Shown here in pieces: positions 24,698-36,386 of a DNA stretch of 64,000 nt. Every line of letters starts with the position of its first letter. The first letter of the stretch is position 1. The stretch spans positions 7,068,001 through 7,132,000 of the forward strand of contig JBHGNT010000005.1 of NCBI GenBank assembly GCA_043228905.1, in the 5' to 3' direction. Position numbers and translations under genes: made by a program. Origin of the DNA: Azolla caroliniana (taxonomy: Eukaryota > Plantae > Polypodiophyta). The notes beneath the pieces were generated by a model, which made no database searches, was not told where the DNA came from, and saw nothing but the letters and a program-made list of their open reading frames with translations.

Positions 24698-25923
24698 GAG
24701 GCCTTGCAAAAATTTGTCGAAGATTATGTTCGCACTTGTGACACTGTTGTCGCGCCAAAATACCCCGACATCACCCTTATGGCTTACTACAACCATTACC
24801 CCCTCCCAACAAGCCATGGCAGTCTATTTCTATGGATTTCATTACGGATCTGCCACCTTCCAAAGGCTTTGATACTATTTTAACAGTAGTGGATCGGTTC
24901 ACCAAGATGGCACATTTTGTACCATGTGTAAAGACCATCAATAGTGAAGAAACTGCAGATCTCATTATGCGTGAAGTGTTTCGCCATCATGGTCTCCCGA
25001 ATGATATTATTAGCGATCGAGGTCCTCAATTTATCTCACACTTTTGGAAGCACCTATGGGCAGGCCTCAAAATCTCTTGCAAACTCTCTTCGGCTTATCA
25101 TCCACAAACAGACGGACAAACAGAGCGCACAAATCAAACGCTCAAGCAATATCTTCGATGTTTCATTAGTTATCAACAAGATGATTGGAGTAAAATTTTA
25201 CATCTTGCCGAGTTTGCATACAACAACACGGTCCACTCTTCTACCAAAGTTACACCTTTCTTTGCCTACACCGACAACCACCCTCGATGGTGTATACTGG
25301 ATCTTCTCGAGGTGTCACGAAACCCTAGTGCGGCGCATCACCTCCACCGACTACAACAAATCCAGTTCGAGTTATCGTCACATCTTCAGAAAGCGCAAGC
25401 ACACCATAAGACCAATGCCGATCGACATCGTCTTAAGTCTCCGTTTAAGGTTGGTGACCGTGTATGGTTGCTTCGTCGTCACATCAAGACTACCCGACCG
25501 TGTGCTAAGCTTGACTATCAAGGCTTAGGACCTTTTGTCATCACGGCGCAGATTAATGATGCAACATTTCGTCTTAACCTTCCTGCACATATGCGACTTC
25601 ACCCTGTCTTTCATAGCTCTCTTTGGAACCTTGCCACACCTCTTTAATTCCTAATCGTGTCGTGCCACCACCGCCTTCTATACAACTTGTGGACGGCCCC
25701 GAATACGAGGTAGCTGCTATTCTCGATTCTAAGATTGTGCGCAATAAGCTTTATTATCTAGTTGATTGGCTTGGTTATCCTCCGAGTGATCGCACTTGGG
25801 AACCCATCGATAACGTTTGTAATGCTGAAGCTCTGGTCAACGACTTCCATCGTCACTATCCAAACAAGCCCGGCCCAACAATGTTAACGCCAATGTTAAC
25901 GCCGACTTCCACTCGGCGTTCTC
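24698..25923 (+). pseudogene. Integrase plus group I chromodomain, N-terminally truncated, two frameshifts
   Basis: Partial zinc finger (YVRTCDT). D,D35E core: MDFITDLP, IISDRG, TDGQTERTNQ. GPF motif. Chromodomain EYEVAAILDSK..YYLVDWLGYPPSDRTWEP with aromatic cage. Frameshifts near 24745 and 25622. Confidence 0.92.
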
Positions 25924-25936
25924 GAAGGAGGGATAG

Positions 25937-26345
25937 TGTCATGAACACATGACCATTATGGCGTCACTCGGACTTGAACCTCGAACCTTGTAATTCATAC
26001 TTGAAAACCTCAACCATTAAGATAGCTTATTGTTATATGAAACAATAAAAGCTACTTCTTGTATTACATTGATTATTGTAAAAACTCTAGATTATTCTAG
26101 AATGTTCTAGAATGTCCTAGAGCATTCTAGGTCTAGAACATTCTAGAACATTCTAGAAATCTCTAAGCTATTCTATAGGAACCTATAAATAAGCGCATAC
26201 ATGTATTCTCAAATCAATTCGAATCAACACCAGTCTTTAGCTCTCATTACATATCTTGTATCCATTCTCTTTCTTTCTCTATCTTATACATCCATTCTTC
26301 TCTATCCTTCTTCCATCACTCTATCTTTTATCCTTGGTTCTGACA
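25937..26345 (+). repeat. Complete 3' LTR (409 bp)
   Basis: TGTCA...TGACA inverted termini, directly after the polypurine tract. Confidence 0.95.
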
Positions 26346-27364
26346 GATGGGATGCAACACACTTGCGTCATGATGCATAAACCCTTTGTTAATACAACCC
26401 CTCCAAGATGTAGGACTAGTTGACATAACAATAGTGCACCCCACTCTACAAAGTTTTCACTAGTGAGTGCTTTAGGGACATGATGCTTGTATATGATATT
26501 AGTTGCGAAAACTTATCAACCAATATATCTTTTCAACCAACATATCTAAATTTGAAAAGATACACTAAACCATGTAACAAGGTAGCTTGAATTGCATGAT
26601 TACTAATATGAAAATCGCTTTGCAAAAAAGCCTATAACCTCCTAAGACGAGAAAGTTCAATATTTTCAATGATATCTTTGAACATATTTGCAAGGAATTA
26701 TATTCTTTCCTTCTCATGGTTAACCTTAATTAATATCAAGCGGGCAAGTACATTGCTTTGAATAGCAACATGTCCCAATTTATCCCTCACAATAGATCTT
26801 AGATGAGAACAATGTCCTTCATTAGCCAAAACAAATTGTACATGTAATCAAGTTGAATGGAAAACCTTGATTTAATGTGATTATTATGATCTAGTACACA
26901 TAATACATCCATTGGATATGTAGAAGATTTCTCCACATATAGGAGAGCAAACTAATTTTAAATTCCATCTAACTATATGCATAACTTACCATATTCGCTA
27001 TATTCCCATTTTTTTAGCAATTTTGGTGTATCCTCAAAATAATAATTCAATGAGCTAAAAAGCATTTTGTATTGGAGGTCCTTGGTAGTCATTGATGCAA
27101 CGGTGACTTGTAGGAAGTTGCCAATTTTGTTGCTCTAATGGTGCAATGACTATCCTTATAATAATCAAGTGAGAATAACATATTCTGTTAGGATAGACTA
27201 TGTGTGAACTCGGCCATGGGGTTGATTCTCGTTGAAATTTATCTCAAAATTCCTAAAAGAAGTTGCCCATCTCTTCCTAGCATATTGTCGAGCTTTTTTC
27301 TCTGAAGTATTGCGAATATATGGCAATTGTGGTGTTCTCCCTTAGGAGAATCATTCTTTGTTTG

Positions 27365-27417
<53 letters not shown>

Positions 27418-27956
27418 CTGGTCTCAAATAATAAAACAAGGGAACTATTTGTCCCAACATTTAAGGGTCGTCCCTCATTTTCATATTTTTTAACTTTTAA
27501 AAATGCATGCACGTTAAAAGATGTCTTTGGAATGATCGCTTTTCCACAAGTAAAAGGCTGAAAATACGATGGGATGACAAAAGTTAATGCTTACATAGAC
27601 ATTATGTACAACGTGGAAACATCATATACAATATTTTAGACGTCCATAACAACTTAATCGTACAAGATATTGCTTATAAAGATCATGAGCTTGCCATATT
27701 AAAAGTCAATTATAATCAAGCATATGACATACTATTACATTCCAAGACGGAATCCTCTCTCACACATGTGAGGATAAATTCAAAACCATTTCTCTATAGC
27801 AAGGGTAGGAACACTTGACAAATATTAGAGAAGAATAGAATAATGATGAGGTCGATAGGAGATTTTCGTGATCTGAAATTGTTATGCAGCATTTGGGAAA
27901 GCACATCACACAACATAGTTGTAGAAACCAAATCAATCATTTCATGTACTTCTAGC

Positions 27957-28250
27957 TCGGAATTGGCAACAGTTCAACACAAGCCTGAACAAACCGTTAA
28001 ACCATTTTTGAATGGTTTGGCAGTTCGTTTCAATTGGGTTTAGGCTTGAGCTTCCTTAACTCGTTTGAGCTCAATTTGGGATGGCTCAAGTGCCAAACCG
28101 AACTGATACGGGCCAAACCGGTCAAGGCTTAATCGGCTTTGCAAAACCGGTTCAATTCTTTCAAAACTCCCAATCCTATCAAGGCTTCACTGTTTTGGTT
28201 TGGACAAGGTCAAACCGGTTAAGTTGAAACTGAACTATTGTCAAATCCTA
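27957..28250. mobile_element. hAT-type MITE, same family as 2307-3042
   Basis: Ends TCGGAATTGGCAAC and TTGTCAAATCCTA. Shares the internal GGTTTGGCAGTTC...TTTAGGCTTGAG...AATTTGGGATGGCTCAAGT. Flanks CTTCTAGC / CTTGTCGC match at 6 of 8. Confidence 0.8.
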
Positions 28251-29113
28251 CTTGTCGCTTCAATATCACCAAATAGGAGAAGCTTAGGCAAATTACATCG
28301 TCTTAGGTCTAACTTGATTATTATAAAAACCCTCTCTAATACACAAGTGACCTTTATGTAAATGCCATGCCCATAGACCACATTGATTGCCTATCGAATA
28401 GAGTACCCATATAGTGGGAACTGAGGCTTTTAGAGCGTTAATTCCATAGCCTTAAATGGCAAGTGGCCTTGGGGAGTGTGCAAGCATAGGGGTATGCATG
28501 TTCAAGATGCGTTTTGTACTAGCTGCCCGAAGGGGAATTCTTGCACCCACCTCTTTTGCACTTGTTAAAAAGAAATCCTTGCAAGCCACACAACACTCTT
28601 CAAAGTTCAAGGTTGTAGGAGAATATAATCCATCAATTGATTTCTCTGTCCACTCACATCACAATTAAACAATAAGGATCACATGCCTTGGTCTGCTTAG
28701 AATGATATGTTGGCCCAACTAAACTTTTAACTTTTTTGGGGAGCCAACGAGACATCCCTACGGGCATGGCCCTATGAATTTCTAAACCTTTCTTTCATGC
28801 ATCGTTTGAGGTCGCCTCACATGCAAGGATACCTCGGAGTGCAGGTCCCCGCCACCTCCTTCCCTCTCTCTCTGTCTCTCTGTCTCTCTTTGAGGTAGTG
28901 ATTGTGGTAGACTCAGGGGCCGATGCAACCTCACGGAGGTGTGTAGCCAATGTCCGGGCAGACAATGCCGCTGTGCAACAATGTCAATGGGTGGGGTGAT
29001 GAGGGAAACGTGGGATAACAACCTACCCACATTTCTCTCACTAATCTCTCTCTTGCTCTCTCTCTCTCTCTAGTAAGACGTTTGTGTTCCATTAGGACAC
29101 AAGAAAGTCATTA

Positions 29114-29147
<34 letters not shown>

Positions 29148-29209
29148 CTACAAATACTCCACAGGTCTCTGTCTGTTACTTGGGTTCTTCTGTTCATCTG
29201 CAGGAAGAA

Positions 29210-29250
<41 letters not shown>

Positions 29251-29262
29251 AGGTCTCTGGGT

Positions 29263-31008
29263 ATGGTGAGATGGAGGGGCTTCATCCGCAAACTCAACCT
29301 GGCCGTCGAGTCCAGCTTCGTCGGCCGCCACTTCAAGCTCTCAGACCGGAAGACCTCCTTCACAACGGAGCTACGTGCAGGCACCGCTACCTTCCTCACC
29401 ATGGCCTACATCTTAGCCGTCAATTCTAGCATCCTCACAGACAGCGGTGGCACATGCTCAGTATCTGATTGCACCCCCATATGCAGTCCCCAGCCTTCAA
29501 TCCCCCCCTCTGATTGCTCAGGAACCCTCCCTGATGATGGTACCATACTCTCCCTCACCACTCCCGGCCCCGACTGCAAATTCTCATTGCCTGTGAACCC
29601 CGGCTACCAGGCATGCCTCGATCGCACCAAAAAGGATCTCATCGTCGCCACCGCCGCCTCATCCCTCGTAGGCTGCCTCATCATGGGCCTTTTTGCTAAC
29701 CTCCCCATCGCCCTCGCCCCCGGCATGGGTACCAACGCCTATTTCGCATACACTGTGGTCGGTTTCCACGGGTCTGGCAACATCTCGTACCGCGATGCCC
29801 TTGGCGCAGTCTTTGTCGAAGGCCTTTTCTTCATCGCCATCACGGCGGCCGGCCTCCGGGCGAAGCTAGCTAGAGCCATCCCAAGACCCGTCAGGATATC
29901 GACGGGGGCAGGCATCGGTCTCTTCTTGGCGGTTATCGGGCTCCAGTCTAGCCAAGGCATCGGTCTCATCGGGTTTAGCCCCTCTACCTTGCTCACTCTA
30001 GCTGGATGCCCTGCCTCGGACAGAATCCCTGTGTTTCCGGTTGTGTCCGGCACCAACGGCACCACTCAACTCTTGCCAGGTGGCTCCGCATCGAGCAACA
30101 TCTTGTGCCTAAGGAATCGCATGGAAAGCGCGACTTTGTGGCTCGGGATCGTGGGTTTCATCATCATTAGCTATGCCCTCATCAAGAACATCAAAGGTGC
30201 CATGATCTATGGGATCGTCTTTGTCACCGCGGTCTCTTGGTTCCGGAACACCGGAGTCACTTATTTCCCTAATACCTCTGAGGGAGACCTCGCCTTCGAT
30301 TACTTCAAAAAGGTCGTTGATGTGCATAAGATTGAGAATACTGCAGGTGCCCTTCGCTTTAACGGTTTCAATACTGGGGAGTTGTGGATAGCTCTTGTAA
30401 CTTTCTTGTATGTTGACATCCTCGATGCAACCGGGACGCTATATTCAATGGCGAAATTCTCTGGGTCCATGAAAGAGAATGGGGAATTTGAGGGCCAATA
30501 TTCGGCTTTCTTGAGCGATGCGAGTGCAATAGTGGTTGGTGCAACACTCGGCACATCGCCAGTCACTGCATTTATTGAGTCATCGACAGGTATCAAGGAA
30601 GGGGGTAGGACTGGATTAACAGCCATCACTGTTGCTTTTTACTTCTTTTTGTCATTCTTTTTTACACCCTTGTTGGCATCCATCCCACCCTGGGCAGTGG
30701 GCCCCCCGCTAATTCTAGTGGGGGCATTAATGATGAAAGCAGTGCTCGAAATTGAGTGGGAGAACATGAAGGAAGCTATCCCAGCATTTGTAACCATTGT
30801 CCTTATGCCATTGACATACTCAATTGCATACGGATTGATCGGTGGGATTGGAACGTACGTAGTGCTAAATCTTGTGGACTGGATCTTCTCAGGGTTCCAT
30901 TTATGTAAGGAATATGGGAAGGAAAAAGAACCAGTGGGCGCTGATGATAAACTTGAAGCTGAAGGCATCGATGCACATGATAGGAAGGTCGAGCTTCAAG
31001 AACCTTAG
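29263..31008 (+). CDS. AZG1: AZG-family (AzgA-like NCS2) adenine/guanine/cytokinin permease, copy A, intronless, 581 aa
   Basis: [85 protein letters not shown] (GAA)n tract lies just upstream of the ATG. Confidence 0.95.
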   Translation: MVRWRGFIRKLNLAVESSFVGRHFKLSDRKTSFTTELRAGTATFLTMAYILAVNSSILTDSGGTCSVSDCTPICSPQPSIPPSDCSGTLPDDGTILSLTTPGPDCKFSLPVNPGYQACLDRTKKDLIVATAASSLVGCLIMGLFANLPIALAPGMGTNAYFAYTVVGFHGSGNISYRDALGAVFVEGLFFIAITAAGLRAKLARAIPRPVRISTGAGIGLFLAVIGLQSSQGIGLIGFSPSTLLTLAGCPASDRIPVFPVVSGTNGTTQLLPGGSASSNILCLRNRMESATLWLGIVGFIIISYALIKNIKGAMIYGIVFVTAVSWFRNTGVTYFPNTSEGDLAFDYFKKVVDVHKIENTAGALRFNGFNTGELWIALVTFLYVDILDATGTLYSMAKFSGSMKENGEFEGQYSAFLSDASAIVVGATLGTSPVTAFIESSTGIKEGGRTGLTAITVAFYFFLSFFFTPLLASIPPWAVGPPLILVGALMMKAVLEIEWENMKEAIPAFVTIVLMPLTYSIAYGLIGGIGTYVVLNLVDWIFSGFHLCKEYGKEKEPVGADDKLEAEGIDAHDRKVELQEP

Positions 31009-31411
31009 GTAATAAGAAAAAGGTTTGACAAGATTTGTTGTAATCCTCATCAATGTTTTATAATTCTTTTGGGAAGACCACAATGGGGGTCTTTTTAATG
31101 CATCATCGACTACATCTTTAATCTATTAGAGTCATTGGTATAATAAGTAAACTTGAATCTGATGTTTTCCCAAGTCATTGAACTCTCTATTCTTAACAAT
31201 TGAATGTGGTGAATTTAAGGTATAAGGGAAACAACCAGATATAGAACATCAAATGGGACATTGGCTATATAACAAACTTCCAAGAGCCGGTTCCATAGAA
31301 GTTAGGAAAATTGGAAATTTTACTAGCAATTCATGAGGTACTAGACCAAATGGACAGAGCGTGCATGTGACATTATCTAACTAGGTCCTTAGTACTTAAA
31401 AAACTTAAACT

Positions 31412-31451
<40 letters not shown>

Positions 31452-32145
31452 TGCAACATTCATTAGTAAAGTTCTTGAACATTGAGAGTTGCTACTCACT
31501 TTCACACATGATATGTAATATTTTTGGTCTCATAAGTCATATTTCACCTTCGATGACAATAATATAATCTATCTATTTATTTATCTTTGTATCTCTCCCT
31601 TAAATCTATGTTTGTTATTAAACAAGACGATGATAGAACTTTGGCTATCTCAACTACTTCATTTCTAACTACATGGCAAGGTAAACCCTCTTGGAGTACC
31701 ATAATACCAGAACACATAAATCTACCTCTTGTTGGAACAAAATAGAGTTGTGAAATTTGTGAAATCATCTTTCTTTTCAACCTATAGAGTTGTTGTGGTG
31801 TCTTACAAAGTCCATTAAAGAAGAACCTATTTCTCATGCTCCCGTTATACCACATTGCCCAATACCAAAGGTACTCCAAAATCACGTGATATGATGTGGT
31901 GGGTAGAGCTCTAGCACCATCAATGAAAACCCATCAATGATGCCCAAATTTGTGATATAACCATCAAAATGGCTTTACCATTCGTCATTAACTTATGTGT
32001 ATTTATTTTCTTCAACCATTATGCAAAAAAAAACATGTCTGATTTGAAATATATTTTCATTTTAAAGCCATCACCAAAGGCAACCCACCAACCATTCCAC
32101 ACCAAAGAAACACCTCACTAGGAACGTAGAATCTATACCGTGGAT

Positions 32146-33023
32146 CATAGATTAACATATTCGCATTCATGGGGGTTACCATACAAATGCATATGAATAC
32201 GCATAAGAATGCATGAAAAAATATTCGTTAAAAAAATAAAAATAAAAAGAGTTCATACTTTTTAGTTTCTTAGATATATCATATAACAAAGAGACTTTCA
32301 CATTTAAAAAAAAAAATTTAACTTCACATTAAAAAGGAGACTTACAGTAAATAATATTTTTATATAATAGATGGAAACGTAAAAGTATTTTGTTTTATTT
32401 TCAATAAATAATAATAAATAAAAGGTTCATTACTCTCCCACAAAAATTGATATAATTATCTCATATTAAAAAGGGAACCTCATACTAATAATATTTTTAT
32501 AGTAGATATAAAACTTAAATATATTTGTTTTATTTTTTAAAAATAAATAAATAAATAAAAGGTTCCCATAAATTTTCATATTTTTATCTCAAATTAAAAA
32601 GGGGACCTCACACTAATAATATGTTTATAATAGATATAGAACTTAAATGTATTTGTTTTTTTAATAAAACAAAAAATAAATAAAAATATGCAAATAAATT
32701 AAAAGGTTCCATAAAATTTCATATTTTTTATTCACATTAAAAAGGGAACCTCAACACTAATAATATTCTTATAATAGATGAAAAACTTAAAAGTATTTGT
32801 TTTATTTTTAATAAAATAAATAGAAGGTTCAATAATTCCTCACTTTTTACTCTCTTGACATTAAAAACGGAACCTTCGACTAATATATTTTTATATAATA
32901 GAAGTAAAAATAATTGTTTTTTTAAATAATAAATAATTGTTCAATGGTTCTTTAATATTCTTGGGGTCATTTTGTATTCTCGAATATTGCGGATGTCGAA
33001 TATCACGAATGGGTCAATCTACG
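32146..33023. mobile_element. Non-autonomous hAT-like element with an internal AT-rich tandem array
   Basis: TIRs CATAGATTAACATATTCG and CGAATGGGTCAATCTACG. Flanks CCGTGGAT / TTGTGGAT are an 8-bp TSD with two C>T changes. About five 125-145 bp units ATTAAAAAGGGAACCTC..ACTAATAATATTT..ATAGAT lie at 32320-32950. Confidence 0.7.
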
Positions 33024-34244
33024 TTGTGGATATTAAGGAGAAGCAAAGGCAAAATTTTGACTGGACCAATTTGTTAGCATATGGAAGATGAGAATGCCAT
33101 CCTACGTCTAAAACTCGATGTCATCATTTTATACATCAGGCAATGTGCCATGTATTCAAAACCTCATTCACTAACCAAGCTCTCTCTCTCTCTCTCTCTA
33201 GTTACGGCCTTAAAATATCAACATTATCGCCATCAACATCTCTATCTCTAATATGATACATCTAAGGGTATCCCATAACAATGAAATATCACCTTCTTGC
33301 CTCTTTTGTAGTTGTGATTCTACAATATATCATTTGGCTATATGTAAAGTATGTGTCTCCCCATAATTCATGCAATATAGTAAATGCATTTTCCCACATT
33401 TGAGTGTGTGTGTCTCTTTATCTCTCCTTGTATGATTGTATCTATCTATCTATATATTCATGAGTCATGACAACACGACAAGCACAAAAAATCCTTTCCT
33501 AATACAACCCCTCTATTAATTTCTACCAATGAGTGTTTTAGGAACAAGTTGCTTGTATAAAACCTCAGTTGCACAAACTAATAAATAAATTCTCTCTCTC
33601 TCTCTTCTAAATTTAAGGATAATATTTTGGCAAAGATATAATTTAATCCACGCAGAAAGGATATGGGTCTCTATCACCAAAAGGATTATATTTTGGCAAA
33701 GAACCAACTTTTTGATAGAAGCTTAATGACTACAACTTTCCCATAGGTCAAGAATCTTGCACAACTTGACACTTTTGTAAAACCGTTACATAGGGACCTT
33801 CCACTTGCATTTAAGCATGGGCTACTATCCTCATAATGGTCATTGCCCACAACAGGAAGCCCAACTTTCTCATGTAATGTTTAGCATGGATGTTTCATCG
33901 CATCATGAGGCAAGCATTTGGAGCTAAAAGATTTATGAAACGTTAATTTAACTTTACACAAACTATAACTTCGAAGACTAGCGATTATCACACTTTGAGG
34001 ACTACTTATACGAAAAAGTCCAAAAACCTCTTAACTACGTCCATCACTTTCAACTTTGAATAGCCACATGTCCCAACTTATCCCTCACAATAAATCCTAA
34101 GATAAGAACAATGGATGTTCTTTGATCAACCGAAGTAAATAGCACATGGAATCATGTTGAATAGAAGACCTAGATTCAATATGATTACTATGGTTTAGTA
34201 CACAATCATAGAATATCTAAGTCTTGTTGTATAGAAGGATTCTC

Positions 34245-34293
<49 letters not shown>

Positions 34294-34631
34294 CACAACA
34301 AGCTCCCATTACATTCAATGTAAGATGACATAATACTCTCTCTCTCTCTCTCTCTTTTTGTAAAAACAGACAATTATATTAATAAATGTGTGTAAAAAAC
34401 CACTACTTACAAAGGGTATGACAATGGAGTATGGCCACCCACTAACTACACTAGATGGGTAGTGGAACATGTTGAATTGCCAATAGGCAAGACCAAGACT
34501 CCATCGAGGAAAGAATTTCCACTTGCTCCAATAAAGAAAATTGTCACATTACTACTCGGAATATATAACTCTCTCTCTCTCTCCCTCTTTCTTAGGTTCT
34601 TTCATTTGCAGGAAGAGGAAGAGGAAGATCA

Positions 34632-36386
34632 ATGGTAATGGTGAGATGGAGCGGCTGCATCCAAAAACTCGACCGAGCTGTCGAGTCAAGCTTCGTCGGC
34701 CGCCACTTCAAGCTCTCAGACCGAAAGACGTCCTTCACAACGGAGCTACGTGCAGGCACGGCCACCTTCCTCACCATGGCCTACATCTTAGCCGTCAATT
34801 CTAGCATCCTCATGGACAGTGGTGGCACGTGCACAGAATCCGATTGCACCCCGATATGCAATCCCCAGCCTTCAATCCCCCCCTCTGATTGCTCAGGAAC
34901 CCTAAACCCTCATGATGCTACCATACTCTCCCTCACCACTCCCGGCCCCGACTGCAAATTCTCATTGCCTCTGAACCCCGGCTACCAGGCATGCCTCCAT
35001 CGCACCAAAAAGGACCTCATCGTCGCCACCGCCGCCTCATCCCTCTTCGGCTCCCTCATCATCGGCCTTTTCGCTAACCTCCCCATCGCCCTCGCCCCTG
35101 CCATGGGCACCAATGCTTATTTCGCATACACCGTGGTCGGCTTCCACGGGTCAGGAAACATCTCGTACCGCGATGCCCTTGGGGCAATCTTTGTCGAGGG
35201 CCTTTTCTTCATCGCCATCACACTGGCCGGCCTCCGGGTGAAGCTAGCTACAGCCATCCCGAGGCCCGTAAGGATATCGACGGGTGCAGGGATCGGCCTC
35301 TTCTTGACTGTTATCGGTCTCCAGTCCAGCCAAGGGATCGGCCTCATCGGGTTTAGCCCCTCGTCCTTACTCGCTCTCGCCGGGTGCCCTGCCCCGGACA
35401 AAATCCCCGTGTTTCCCATCGTATCTGGCAATGACGGCACCACTCAACTCTTGCCAGGTGGCATCGTATCAAGCAACATTTTGTGCGTAAGCAATCGCAT
35501 GGAAAGCGCGACCTTGTGGCTCGGTATCATAGGTTTCATCATCATTAGCTATGCCCTCATCAAGAACATCAAAGGTGCCATGATCTATGGGATCATCTTT
35601 GTCACCGCAGTCTCGTGGTTCCGGAACACCGGAGTCACCTATTTTCCTAATACCGCCGAGGGAGACCTGGCCTACGATTACTTCAGAAAGGTCGTCGATG
35701 TGCACAAGGTCAAGAGCACTGTGGGTGCCCTTCGCTTTCACGGGCTCAATACCAGGGAGCTGTGGATAGCTCTTGTAACTTTCTTGTACGTTGACATCCT
35801 CGATGCAACGGGAACGCTCTATTCAATGGCGAAAATCGCAGGATCCATGAAAGACAACGGGGATTTCGAGGGCCAATATTCGGCTTTCTTGAGCTATGGC
35901 ATTGCGATTGTAGCCGGTGCATTACTTGGCACATCGCCAATCACTGCATTTATTGAGTCATCGACAGGCATCAAGGAAGGGGGTAGGACTGGTTTAACAG
36001 CCATCACTGTTGCCTTTTACTTCTTTTTGTCATTCTTTTTTACACCCTTGTTGGCGTCCATCCCACCCTGGGCAGTGGGCCCCCCGTTAATTCTAGTGGG
36101 GTCATTAATGATGAAATCCGTGCTCGAAATTGAGTGGGAGAACATGAAAGAAGCTATCCCAGCGTTTGTGACCATTGTCCTTATGCCATTGACATACTCA
36201 ATTGCATTTGGATTGATTGGTGGTATTGGAACGTATGCCGTGCTAAATCTGATGGACTGGATCGGCTCAGGATTCTATTTATATAGGCAATATGGGAAGG
36301 AAAAAGAAATACTGAGCACTGATGCTAAACTGGAAGGTGCAGAGATCAATGCATATGATAGGAAGGTTGTGCTACAAGAACTTTAG
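34632..36386 (+). CDS. AZG1: AZG-family permease, copy B, intronless, 584 aa (582 aa from the second ATG)
   Basis: Colinear paralog of copy A. Intact ORF, but AFLSDAS has become AFLSYGI and LAPGMG has become LAPAMG. Confidence 0.93.
   Translation: MVMVRWSGCIQKLDRAVESSFVGRHFKLSDRKTSFTTELRAGTATFLTMAYILAVNSSILMDSGGTCTESDCTPICNPQPSIPPSDCSGTLNPHDATILSLTTPGPDCKFSLPLNPGYQACLHRTKKDLIVATAASSLFGSLIIGLFANLPIALAPAMGTNAYFAYTVVGFHGSGNISYRDALGAIFVEGLFFIAITLAGLRVKLATAIPRPVRISTGAGIGLFLTVIGLQSSQGIGLIGFSPSSLLALAGCPAPDKIPVFPIVSGNDGTTQLLPGGIVSSNILCVSNRMESATLWLGIIGFIIISYALIKNIKGAMIYGIIFVTAVSWFRNTGVTYFPNTAEGDLAYDYFRKVVDVHKVKSTVGALRFHGLNTRELWIALVTFLYVDILDATGTLYSMAKIAGSMKDNGDFEGQYSAFLSYGIAIVAGALLGTSPITAFIESSTGIKEGGRTGLTAITVAFYFFLSFFFTPLLASIPPWAVGPPLILVGSLMMKSVLEIEWENMKEAIPAFVTIVLMPLTYSIAFGLIGGIGTYAVLNLMDWIGSGFYLYRQYGKEKEILSTDAKLEGAEINAYDRKVVLQEL

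Larger units (their letters stand above)
24289..26345 (+). mobile_element. Internally deleted and rearranged Ty3/Gypsy chromovirus (Tcn1-like)
   Basis: TG...CA termini. Flanks GATAG (24284-24288) / GATGG (26346-26350) form a 5-bp TSD with one mismatch. Left LTR part 24289-24579, inverted R/U5 24582-24697, integrase-chromodomain, PPT GAAGGAGGGATAG 25924-25936, full LTR 25937-26345. No gag, PR, RT or RNase H. Confidence 0.95.
22900..26372 (+). mobile_element. Decayed, 5'-truncated LINE reverse-transcriptase region, split by an LTR element at 24288/26346
   Basis: Frameshifted RT motifs: WIKPLHKG..NYQTIM, CCFIDLK, QGCPPSPTL, LLNADDIVIFA (YADD equivalent), KLNVNNSKTKIM, KYLG. The reading IWFGR|WDA resumes across the insertion. 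Outer boundaries are approximate. Confidence 0.85.

Noticed and set aside
24662-24883. ORF starting in the inverted U5 and reading into integrase as a novel fusion protein
   Set aside because: It leaves the integrase frame at the frameshift near 24745 and ends after 73 aa. It is a by-product of the rearrangement.
4406-36386. P450 plus AZG pair as a cytokinin gene cluster
   Set aside because: Cytokinin hydroxylases (CYP735A) belong to the CYP72 clan and have several introns. This P450 is CYP71 clan and is separated from the AZGs by an unrelated gene.
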